Source: Clostridiales bacterium (GTDB taxonomy: Bacteria; Bacillota; Clostridia; Christensenellales; JAISNN01). From it: a stretch of DNA of 64,000 bases. The translations under genes and the position numbers were made by a program. The number at the start of each line of letters is the position of its first letter. Position 1 is the first letter of the stretch. The stretch is from assembly GCA_031289755.1 (NCBI GenBank), contig JAITOU010000023.1, positions 102,837 through 166,836 on the forward strand, written 5' to 3'. Positions 1 through 9,506 of the stretch are shown here, in pieces. A model generated the notes under the pieces. It was not told the DNA's origin, ran no database searches, and saw only the letters and a program-made list of their open reading frames with translations.

Positions 1-143
1 GTGAGAGATATAATCTCGCTTACGAATTTTATGCCGGACTCGACAAAAAAACCGCGTTGGAGCTTGTAAGTAATAACGCTTATTTAAAGAGCTATTTGGG
101 TACGGAATATTATAACAAGCTCAAAAGCGCGTTTGCAAAATGA
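1..143 (+). CDS. 3' end of an unidentified CDS entering from the left edge (...AYLKSYLGTEYYNKLKSAFAK*)
   Basis: Frame 3 is open from position 3 to the TGA at 141-143. No motif I recognise. It sits directly upstream of the holin-like genes. Confidence 0.3.
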   Translation, partial: ERYNLAYEFYAGLDKKTALELVSNNAYLKSYLGTEYYNKLKSAFAK

Positions 144-299
144 CGTTAGGCGCGTAAGAAGCCGGTGAGTTGCGCCGCATTGTCGGATTTAAAATGACGG
201 TAGACCCATAAGAAGTAGACGACTTGCACTGCGTGTCGGATTTGTGCGGGCGGAAGGCTTGTCGGCGGCTTGATAGAGAAAGGAAAGGAGAATAAAAAA

Positions 300-527
300 A
301 TGATTTGGGATGAAGTAATCAGCATGGCGGTCGCGAACGGATTGTTTGCGGTGTTGTTTGTCGCGCTGTTGCTGTACATATTAAAGGACGGCAGGGCAAG
401 GGAAGCCAAATATCAATCGACGATAAAACAGCTCAGTTCGGCGTTGCTCGCCGTCAACGATATCAAAATAGACATAGAAACAATAAAAAAGAGATTGTTC
501 CGCACCGCCGCAGAGCCGGCGAAATAA
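300..527 (+). CDS. BhlA/UviB-family holin-like small membrane protein
   Basis: ATG at 300 follows AAAGGAG; the track start at 270 is a TTG extension. It has an N-terminal TM (GLFAVLFVALLLYILKD) followed by RE.KYQ and a coiled-coil tail, the architecture I recall for BhlA/UviB. Confidence 0.6.
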   Translation: MIWDEVISMAVANGLFAVLFVALLLYILKDGRAREAKYQSTIKQLSSALLAVNDIKIDIETIKKRLFRTAAEPAK

Positions 528-555
528 GCGCGGCATTCTCTTTTGGTGAAACACC

Positions 556-592
556 GCGCATAAGGAGATACGATTTTTATCTCCTTATGCGC
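556..592 (+). terminator. 14-bp perfect stem-loop after the BhlA-like gene (GCGCATAAGGAGAT / ATCTCCTTATGCGC)
   Basis: The inverted repeat was read directly. No clear U-run follows, so terminator function is uncertain. Confidence 0.45.
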
Positions 593-629
593 TGTGTTGA
601 CTTAAAAAAACATCGGGAGATTTTAAAAT

Positions 630-857
630 ATGAAAGAAAAATTAAAAAGCGCAAGCTTATGGCTGGCGATAGCGGGCGGTGTAATTCTTCTTTTACAGGC
701 GTTCGGAATGAAAATCGACGTGCCTATGGCTAACGAAGCTCTGTCCGCCGTCAGCGGCTTGCTCATCCTGCTCGGAATACTAAAAAAATCCGACGGCGGC
801 GAACCGCCTGCCGATAATCCCGAAACCGAAGACGACGGGAAGGAATTAATCAAATAG
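630..857 (+). CDS. Small phage-type holin (phi-LC3/phage_holin_1-like)
   Basis: 75 aa with GGGAGA SD. Two hydrophobic segments (WLAIAGGVILLLQAF, ALSAVSGLLILLGIL) are followed by a charged acidic tail. It lies adjacent to the BhlA-like gene. Confidence 0.55.
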   Translation: MKEKLKSASLWLAIAGGVILLLQAFGMKIDVPMANEALSAVSGLLILLGILKKSDGGEPPADNPETEDDGKELIK

Positions 858-870
858 CGCAAAGAGAGCA

Positions 871-914
871 AAAACAGGATTGTTTCGGAAATGTGAAACG
901 GTCCTGTTTTTTTT
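871..914 (+). terminator. Rho-independent terminator of the holin gene
   Basis: AAAACAGGA...TCCTGTTTTTTTT with a nested GTTTC/GAAAC pair, followed by a T8 run. Confidence 0.85.
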
Positions 915-1241
915 GTGTTCCGCTCAAATTTTATTTGATAAAACAAGAAAAAACGTCGGCACAAATCTCTATATATGCAATAAAAGGTTAATGTCGGTTT
1001 TTTTGTCGTATTTTGTCTTTACTCAAAAAATAAAGCGTTAGAGCGGCTATTGAGTCGGGTAATAAAATCCTCTGATATTAACTTTGAGTGTCTTAGAATT
1101 AATTTAAGGGCTAAATTTTGATATATTTTAAAATTTGTTTTAAAAACACTTTATTTTTTTATCAAAAAATGTTATAATAATCAAAAGAAATTGCGTTTGC
1201 TTTTCCCTTTTGAATTTTTTGTTTGCGGAGTTTAAAAATTT

Positions 1242-1490
1242 ATGCGCGGCATTACTTTAAAAAAAGAGAATATCAAAGCCGTGATGACGTTTAAAGAGAA
1301 CGACCCCGCTCAGATAGCCGTCCTAAACGGTTACATCGCAGACAAAAGAATGGCGTTCACCGACCCGGAGCGCGAGATTCATTCTCTGATATTTTATGCG
1401 GACGGCAAGGACACAATCTGCTATGCCGTAAGCTCGGGCGTCAGGAGCTTGCTGCCTAAGCTTCAAAAGGGCTTGTATCTCAATATATAG
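1242..1490 (+). CDS. DUF370/RemB(YaaB)-like small protein
   Basis: 82 aa immediately upstream of gyrB, the conserved yaaB/remB position in Firmicutes. The C-terminal pattern HSLIFYADGKDTICYAVSSGVRSLLPKL resembles KSIVVT...YYSPLSSSTLKKR of B. subtilis YaaB as I remember it. Confidence 0.45.
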   Translation: MRGITLKKENIKAVMTFKENDPAQIAVLNGYIADKRMAFTDPEREIHSLIFYADGKDTICYAVSSGVRSLLPKLQKGLYLNI

Positions 1491-1612
1491 AGAAGAGATA
1501 TTTATCGCCCCAAAAAAGCTTCAAAACAGCAACGATATTTTATCGGCGTACCTAAGCTTTAAAGCATATCATATATAGGAAATAATTTATCAGCTTGCGG
1601 ACTGATTCTTGA

Positions 1613-3559
<1,947 letters not shown>

Positions 3560-3624
3560 CAAAAATATGCCGCGCGGCGGATAAAGCCGCGTTATCAAAT
3601 AAAATTTGAAATAAAAGAGGGGTT

Positions 3625-6108
3625 ATGGCTAAGAAAAAAGACAGCGAATACGAACCGATTATTGACAATACCAAGATTGTCAATCTGCCTATCGAAAACG
3701 AAATGAAAAAATCGTTTATTGCGTACGCAATGGCGGTCAACGTATCAAGGGCAATTCCGGACGTCCGCGACGGCTTAAAGCCGGTTCACAGGCGCATACT
3801 TTACGCTATGCACGAATTAGGATTGTCGAACGACAAGCCTTTCAGAAAATGCGCGAGAATCGTCGGCGACGTTCTCGGCAAATTTCACCCTCACGGCGAC
3901 AGTGCCGTTTATGACGCTCTCGTCAGATTGGCGCAGGATTTTTCTATCAGAGAACCGCTTGTCGAAGGACACGGAAACTTCGGTTCGGTAGACGGCGACC
4001 CTGCGGCGGCACAGCGTTATACCGAGGCAAGGCTTTCAAAAATCGCCGGAGAAATGCTGAGAGAAATCGACAAAAACACCGTCGATTATTATCCTAACTT
4101 TGACGATACGCTCATGCAGCCGACGGTATTGCCGTCGAGATTTCCAAACCTTTTGGTCAACGGCTCGGACGGTATCGCGGTAGGTATGGCGACGAGTATT
4201 CCTTCGCACAATCTGGGCGAGGTCATAGACGCGACGGTCGCGCTTTTGGACAATCCGATAGCGAGCGTCGAAGAATTGATGCAGTTTATTCCCGCGCCGG
4301 ATTTTCCGACAGCCGGTATCATCATGGGCAGAGCGGCTATCAGGCAGGCATACAAGACGGGCAGGGGCGGCTGTATTATCAGAGCCAGAGCCGACATCGA
4401 AGAGACCCAATCCGGTCGGTCGAGAATAATTGTTTCCGAGCTTCCGTATCAGGTCAACAAAGCCAAGCTCATCGAGACAATTGCCGACCAAGTCAAAGAA
4501 AAAAAGATAGAAGGCATAGCCGACATCAAGGAAGAATCGGACAGAAAGGGAATGCGGTTGGTCATAGACGTCAAGCGCGACGCCAATGCTCAGGTCGTCT
4601 TAAATACTCTCTATAAGCAGACAAATATGCAGATTTCTTTCAGCATTATCCTGCTTGCGTTAAAGGACGCCACGCCAAAGATAATGAATCTCAAAGAGAT
4701 ACTCGAAGCATATGTCGAGCATCAAAAGGAAGTCATAGTCAGACGCACGAGATACGACCTCGAAAAAGCCGAAGAGAGAGCGCATATTGTCGAAGGACTT
4801 TGTATCGCTCTTGCAAATATCGACGAAGTAGTCAAGATTATAAAGCAATCAAAGGACAGAGCGATAGCGCACGAGCATTTGATGGAGAGATTTCTCTTGT
4901 CGGACAAGCAGTCAAATGCCATTCTCGAAATGAGATTGCACAGACTGACCAGCTTAGAAGTCGAGAAGCTCAACCAAGAATTAGCCGAATTAAAAATCGC
5001 CATAACCGAATACAAGAGCATTTTGGCGTCGTCCGAGAAGGTCATTGCCATAATCAAAAAAGAGCTTTTGGAGATAAAAGAAAACTACGGCAGCGAAAGG
5101 CGTTCGGAGCTATCCTATGACTACGAAGAAATCAACATCGGCGACCTTATAGACAAAGAAGACGTAGTTATATCCATGACGCATTACGGATATATCAAGA
5201 GAATATCCCTTACCGAATACAAGTCGCAAAAACGCGGCGGCAGGGGAATTACCGCTCATAAGCCTAAGGAAGAAGACTTTGTCGAGAATATGTTTATCAC
5301 TAACACCCATGACGACTTATTGTTCTTTACAAATCTCGGCAAGGTTTACAGCATAAAGGGCTACGAAGTACCCGAAGCCGAGCGCACGGCACGCGGCAGA
5401 GCGATAGTCAATATCCTTCAACTCGACAACGGCGAGAAGGTCACGGCGTTTATGCCGTTCAAAGAGGACGACAGGGGCTTCCTTATGCTTGCGACAAAGC
5501 GCGGCTTAGTCAAAAAGACGCCTATCGAAGAGTTTGCACGCATTAGAAAGGTCGGCAAGATTGCCATAAGCCTGCTCGACGACGACGAGCTTATATCGGC
5601 TCAGATGACGTCGGGTCACGACGAGATAATCATAGCGTCGGAGAGCGGAAAGTGTATCAGATTTAGCGAAGAAAACGTCCGCAGCATGGGCAGAGATACG
5701 CAGGGTGTCAGAAGCATGAAGCTCGACAACGACGACAACGTAGTCGATATGACGGCGATAAGGTCGGGCTACGAGATATTGACCATTACCAGCAACGGCT
5801 ACGGCAAGCGCAGCGACCCGAACGATTACAGATTGCAGTCGAGAGCAGGCAAGGGTATCAAAGCCGGCGTCTTTAACGACAAGACGGGCAAGCTTGTCAA
5901 TCTCAAACTCATATCGCCGGACGACGACATTATGCTCATAGCCGACACGGGAATCATCATCAGAATAAAAGCTAAGGAAATCAGCAAAATAGGACGCGAT
6001 ACGCAGGGCGTGCGCGTAATGAGAATAAAAGACGAAGGCAAAATTGTCAGCGTAGCCGTCGCCGCCCCGGAGTCGGACGAATTAGATACGGACGGAACGG
6101 GGGTCTAA
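3625..6108 (+). CDS. gyrA: DNA gyrase subunit A
   Basis: 827 aa. Contains HPHGD and the catalytic-Tyr region [12 protein letters not shown]-terminal beta-pinwheel repeats are present ([16 protein letters not shown]). Confidence 0.98.
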   Translation: MAKKKDSEYEPIIDNTKIVNLPIENEMKKSFIAYAMAVNVSRAIPDVRDGLKPVHRRILYAMHELGLSNDKPFRKCARIVGDVLGKFHPHGDSAVYDALVRLAQDFSIREPLVEGHGNFGSVDGDPAAAQRYTEARLSKIAGEMLREIDKNTVDYYPNFDDTLMQPTVLPSRFPNLLVNGSDGIAVGMATSIPSHNLGEVIDATVALLDNPIASVEELMQFIPAPDFPTAGIIMGRAAIRQAYKTGRGGCIIRARADIEETQSGRSRIIVSELPYQVNKAKLIETIADQVKEKKIEGIADIKEESDRKGMRLVIDVKRDANAQVVLNTLYKQTNMQISFSIILLALKDATPKIMNLKEILEAYVEHQKEVIVRRTRYDLEKAEERAHIVEGLCIALANIDEVVKIIKQSKDRAIAHEHLMERFLLSDKQSNAILEMRLHRLTSLEVEKLNQELAELKIAITEYKSILASSEKVIAIIKKELLEIKENYGSERRSELSYDYEEINIGDLIDKEDVVISMTHYGYIKRISLTEYKSQKRGGRGITAHKPKEEDFVENMFITNTHDDLLFFTNLGKVYSIKGYEVPEAERTARGRAIVNILQLDNGEKVTAFMPFKEDDRGFLMLATKRGLVKKTPIEEFARIRKVGKIAISLLDDDELISAQMTSGHDEIIIASESGKCIRFSEENVRSMGRDTQGVRSMKLDNDDNVVDMTAIRSGYEILTITSNGYGKRSDPNDYRLQSRAGKGIKAGVFNDKTGKLVNLKLISPDDDIMLIADTGIIIRIKAKEISKIGRDTQGVRVMRIKDEGKIVSVAVAAPESDELDTDGTGV

Positions 6109-6157
6109 AAAACACTTCGTAAATGTAATAAAATCTGTCAAAATTAAGGAGCAAGAT

Positions 6158-7342
6158 ATGTCCAAAAATTTTTTCACATCAGAATCCGTTACCGAAGGAC
6201 ATCCCGATAAGCTTTGCGACCAGATAGCCGACGCGGTACTCGATTCGCTTATAGCAAAAGACAAAAATTCACGCGTAGCTTGCGAGGTTTGCGCTTGTAC
6301 CGGGCTTGTTCTCGTTATGGGAGAGATAACCTCCGAAGCCTACGCCGATATTCAGAGCATAGTCCGAAACGTCGTCAAGGACGTCGGCTATGACCGCTCC
6401 GAATACGGCTTCGATTATGAGACGTGCGCCGTAGTCGCGGCGATTAACGAACAGTCGTCCGATATAGCTTTGGGCGTCGATAAGGCTTTGGAAAGAAAGG
6501 GCGGTTCGGACGACAACGCCGACGTTTTGGGAGCGGGCGACCAGGGCATGATGTTCGGCTATGCCTGCAACGAGACAAAAGAGCTTATGCCGCTGCCTAT
6601 CTCGCTCGCGCACAGACTGTCCAAGCGGCTTGCGGAGATTCGCAAAAACGGTACTCTCAAATATTTAAGACCCGACGGCAAGACCCAAGTGACCGTCGAA
6701 TACATAGACGGCAAGCCTAAGAGAATAGAAGCCGTCGTCGTATCGTGCCAGCATGACCCGAACGCCGATATGAACGTTTTGAGAAGGGATATCAAAGAAC
6801 ACGTCATTGATTTTGTCATAGACAAGGGCATGATAGATAAGGATACGAAGATTTTTATAAATCCTACCGGAAGATTTGTCACGGGCGGTCCGAAAGGCGA
6901 CAGCGGCTTGACGGGACGCAAAATCATCGTCGATACCTACGGCGGCTACGGTCGTCACGGCGGCGGCTCTTTCTCGGGAAAGGACCCTACTAAGGTGGAC
7001 AGAAGCGCGGCCTATGCCGCGAGATATGTCGCAAAAAACATCGTGGCTGCCGGACTTGCCGAGAAATGCGAGGTGCAGATAGCCTACGCTATCGGAGTAG
7101 CTCACCCCGTGTCGCTCCGCGTGGAAACCTTCGGAACGGGTAAGTATCCCGACGACGTAATATCCGACGCCGTCAAAAAAACCTTCGATTTGCGTCCGGG
7201 CAGTATCATAAAGGAATTAGAGCTTGACAAGCCTATCTACCGCAAGCTTGCCGTGTACGGTCATTTCGGCAGAGAGGATTTGAACGTCAGATTTGAAAAA
7301 ACCGACAAAACACAAGCCCTGTCGGAAGCGGTCAAAGGATAA
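6158..7342 (+). CDS. metK: S-adenosylmethionine synthase
   Basis: 394 aa. Contains [28 protein letters not shown] and [19 protein letters not shown]. Confidence 0.98.
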   Translation: MSKNFFTSESVTEGHPDKLCDQIADAVLDSLIAKDKNSRVACEVCACTGLVLVMGEITSEAYADIQSIVRNVVKDVGYDRSEYGFDYETCAVVAAINEQSSDIALGVDKALERKGGSDDNADVLGAGDQGMMFGYACNETKELMPLPISLAHRLSKRLAEIRKNGTLKYLRPDGKTQVTVEYIDGKPKRIEAVVVSCQHDPNADMNVLRRDIKEHVIDFVIDKGMIDKDTKIFINPTGRFVTGGPKGDSGLTGRKIIVDTYGGYGRHGGGSFSGKDPTKVDRSAAYAARYVAKNIVAAGLAEKCEVQIAYAIGVAHPVSLRVETFGTGKYPDDVISDAVKKTFDLRPGSIIKELELDKPIYRKLAVYGHFGREDLNVRFEKTDKTQALSEAVKG

Positions 7343-7368
7343 TTAAAGAAGTCTAATAGTAAAAAGTA

Positions 7369-7399
7369 GTCCGATACAAAACGTATCGGACATTTTTTT
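7369..7399 (+). terminator. metK terminator
   Basis: GTCCGATAC-aaaac-GTATCGGAC followed by ATTTTTTT. Confidence 0.9.
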
Positions 7400-7531
7400 A
7401 GTGAAACACCGCGTAAAGCGCAGCCGGATTTTCTACAATTCCTACATTAAATACATTTTATTCTCTATAATACCGACATTTTTATCGCTACAATACCGAC
7501 ATTTTGCTTGACGGCTCGATAAACAACACAC

Positions 7532-7570
7532 AAAAAAAATAACCGCCGTGTAGATTTTACGCGGCGGTTA
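7532..7570 (-). terminator. Terminator of the phosphatidyltransferase gene (minus strand)
   Basis: 10-bp stem AACCGCCGTG / CGCGGCGGTT. It is preceded on the + strand by A8, which is U8 on the minus strand. Confidence 0.8.
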
Positions 7571-7618
7571 TTAATGTTATCATTATTATTATTTAAAGCA
7601 ACCGAGAGAAAGGGGGAT

Positions 7619-8326
7619 TTAGTCTTGTTTGTCCCGATTGTTTTGCTTGTCCTTTTTTTCCTGCTTCTTTTTGTCGATGAAGTCAAAGAGAAAGCCTTTG
7701 CGGTCTACGTCGTAGTCCTTGTAGTAGATGACTATGACAAGCTCTTCGACGAAAGCCAACAAGATTATTACGGCTAAAACCCAAATTACCCACATATACG
7801 ACCGATTAAAGATGATAAAGACGAGAGCGCAAGCCATGAGCGAGCCGCCCGTTATCTTCATCAATATGGTGTGCATAAAGTTGACCTTGCCGAATTTCTG
7901 TCTTGTGACGATACCGGCGGCGGCCTTTATGGCGATAAAGACGCCGAAGAGTATCAAGACTATCGGGAGATTGATATCGCCCTTATCGGGGGATAATACC
8001 TTTAATTCAAACGCGGCATAGATAAAGACCGCTCCGGTAAGAGCCAAATCGGCTATGCCGTCGATTTTTGAGCCGAAGTCCGTGCATATCTTAAAATGAC
8101 GGGCAATCTTGCCGTCGGCTATGTCGCTGATTATACATATGACAAAGATTGCTACAAAAATCCATCGTATGTAGTCCTGATGTATCAGCCCTATCAATAC
8201 GCCCGTGACGGAGAGAATAAGGCGCAGCCACGAAAGGAAATTCGGCAGATTGCGCAGGGTCTTACTGACTTCTTTTGTTTCGACTGTATCGATGTTGTTT
8301 TCGGTCTTGTTGTCGGTCGTTTCCAT
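7619..8326 (-). CDS. CDP-alcohol phosphatidyltransferase family protein
   Basis: Signature D-G-x2-A-R-x8-G-x3-D-x3-D is seen as DGKIARHFKICTDFGSKIDGIAD, in a multi-TM protein. I prefer the ATG at 8326 (METTDNK) over the TTG at 8350 used by the track. Confidence 0.8.
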   Translation of the reverse strand: METTDNKTENNIDTVETKEVSKTLRNLPNFLSWLRLILSVTGVLIGLIHQDYIRWIFVAIFVICIISDIADGKIARHFKICTDFGSKIDGIADLALTGAVFIYAAFELKVLSPDKGDINLPIVLILFGVFIAIKAAAGIVTRQKFGKVNFMHTILMKITGGSLMACALVFIIFNRSYMWVIWVLAVIILLAFVEELVIVIYYKDYDVDRKGFLFDFIDKKKQEKKDKQNNRDKQD

Positions 8327-8471
8327 GATAATCTTTTTCCTCGATGTCAAGCATAGCTTGATTTTTTTTGTATTGGCAATAAGCTTAGGAATCGCCGCAT
8401 AAAATTATCCGATTGTGCGCGAGCGTTTCCTTAGAAATCACCGCGTATTTGCGCGGCGTATTTCTATATAA

Positions 8472-8500
8472 ATTATAGGTCATAAATGCGCCGTTGTCAA
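8472..8500 (-). promoter_or_regulatory. Consensus sigma-A promoter of the phosphatidyltransferase gene
   Basis: The minus strand reads TTGACA-17 nt-TATAAT (plus-strand TGTCAA 8495-8500, ATTATA 8472-8477). Confidence 0.7.
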
Positions 8501-8552
8501 TCCATTTATCAAAAATTTTGTGCGGCATACGATAAATCTCTGCGTATTAGAA

Positions 8553-8690
8553 TAAAAAAGAGCCTTATATATGTCCGTTTTAGGCTCTTAGGGCAGGGGA
8601 TATAAAAACCTTTAACCGCAAGTCTGTCACATAGATTGCCGTTGACGGCGCGATAGGTTAGGGGATATAAGGCTCTTTGAGCGTAAAGCG
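8553..8690 (-). ncRNA. Candidate small RNA: structured region ending in an orphan minus-strand terminator
   Basis: The minus strand reads AAGAGCC...GGCUCUUUUUU (plus 8558-8564 / 8583-8589, with an A-run at 8554-8559). This lies upstream of the next gene's own promoter, and there is no ORF. It contains a duplicated UUAUAUCCCCU motif. The 5' end is not defined. Confidence 0.3.
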
Positions 8691-8754
8691 TATTGAAGAT
8701 TTGGCGGATTTTGTAAAAAAATAAAAAATATTTTGAGTTACCCTTTGCTAATTG

Positions 8755-8784
8755 TTGACAAGGACGGTCGGAATATGGTAATAT
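8755..8784 (+). promoter_or_regulatory. Likely feo operon promoter
   Basis: TTGACA (8755-8760), an 18-nt spacer, TG at 8776-8777, then TAATAT (8779-8784). Confidence 0.55.
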
Positions 8785-8793
8785 AATGGTACG

Positions 8794-8952
8794 GAGTTTA
8801 CAAAACTCTTAATTTAAAGACCGTATGTTCGCATATGCGAACCAAAGAGAGTTGACAAAACTCTTAAATTAAAGGTCATATGTTCGCATATGCGAACTGA
8901 ATTGAGTTTGACAAACTCTTATTTTACGGACCATGCGTTCGCATATGCGAAC
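8794..8952 (+). repeat. Three tandem 55-bp modules, each with a GAGTT..AACTC inverted repeat and the perfect palindrome GTTCGCATATGCGAAC
   Basis: Units at 8794-8842, 8849-8897 and 8904-8952. Palindromes at 8827-8842, 8882-8897 and 8937-8952, spaced exactly 55 bp apart. Confidence 0.9.
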
Positions 8953-8979
8953 TGTACCGTATCCGTCAAGGAGAAGATT

Positions 8980-9192
8980 ATGACGTTAGCATTTGCGCCG
9001 TTCGGCAGAGAAATGATTATCAAGCAAATAAACGCCGATGACAAGACCAAAAGACATCTCGAAAATCTCGGTATGGCGGTCGGCGGCAGCGTTACTTCTA
9101 TGTTTGACAGCGACGGCAACGTCGTCTTAAAAATCAAGGATTGCCGTGTCGCGCTCAATAGGGCGTTGGCAATGAAGATAGTAGTCGCTTAA
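8980..9192 (+). CDS. feoA: FeoA-family protein
   Basis: 70 aa from the ATG at 8980, after AAGGAG. The track's 8890 start reads through the repeat array. SH3-like FeoA pattern (GREMIIKQINADDKTKRHLENLGMAVG). Confidence 0.85.
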   Translation: MTLAFAPFGREMIIKQINADDKTKRHLENLGMAVGGSVTSMFDSDGNVVLKIKDCRVALNRALAMKIVVA

Positions 9193-9272
9193 GCCCGTTT
9201 AAGCGATTATTTTTGTATTATGATACAATTATTTTTTATTTATAAAATCCTTATTATAGCAAGGGGGCTTCG

Positions 9273-9506
9273 ATGGACAAAAAACTCAACGACTTTATTC
9301 CCGAAGAAAAGGGGAGAGTCAAATCAATAACGGCGGAAGGCAAGATAAGACGCCGCCTTTTTGACATGGGCGTCACGCCCGGAGCCGAAATCGTTATGCG
9401 CAAGACCGCCCCTCTCGGCGACCCTATCGAGGTCACCGTCAGGGGTTACGAGCTGTCGCTGCGCAAGAGCGAAGCGGAAACCGTACTTATGGAGGTTGTC
9501 AAATGA
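9273..9506 (+). CDS. feoA: FeoA-family protein (second copy)
   Basis: 77 aa with the pattern RRRLFDMGVTPGAEI...GDPIEVTVRGYELSLRKSEA. Its stop overlaps the feoB start (ATGA). Confidence 0.85.
   Translation: MDKKLNDFIPEEKGRVKSITAEGKIRRRLFDMGVTPGAEIVMRKTAPLGDPIEVTVRGYELSLRKSEAETVLMEVVK

Larger units (their letters stand above)
1..914 (+). mobile_element. Probable right-hand end of a prophage or phage-derived lysis cassette (unknown CDS tail, BhlA/UviB-like protein, small holin; no endolysin or integrase in view)
   Basis: Two consecutive holin-type small membrane proteins followed by a strong terminator. An AT-rich ~330-bp gap separates them from the core genes. The left boundary lies outside the window. 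Confidence 0.4.

Noticed and set aside
915-1241. oriC / DnaA-box cluster in the AT-rich gap before remB-gyrB
   Set aside because: No TTATCCACA or close variants are seen on either strand. The AT-richness alone is not evidence.
6109-6157. SAM (S-box) riboswitch upstream of metK
   Set aside because: The gyrA-metK gap is only 49 nt and contains just an SD. There is no room for an aptamer, so metK is probably co-transcribed with gyrA or uses a minimal promoter.
8794-8952. CRISPR-like array (regularly spaced palindromic repeats)
   Set aside because: There are only three units and the whole 55-bp unit is repeated, so there are no unique spacers. No cas genes are present, and the array sits in a promoter/5' UTR directly before feoA.
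8690-8979. Fur/PerR/Zur-type box upstream of the feo operon
   Set aside because: No sequence resembling the TGATAATNATTATCA 7-1-7 motif is found by eye. The only strong symmetric elements are the GTTCGCATATGCGAAC palindromes.
8890-8979. N-terminal 30-aa extension of FeoA given by the ORF track (start 8890)
   Set aside because: It translates the operator/repeat array and has no SD. The internal ATG at 8980 has an AAGGAG and gives a normal 70-aa FeoA.
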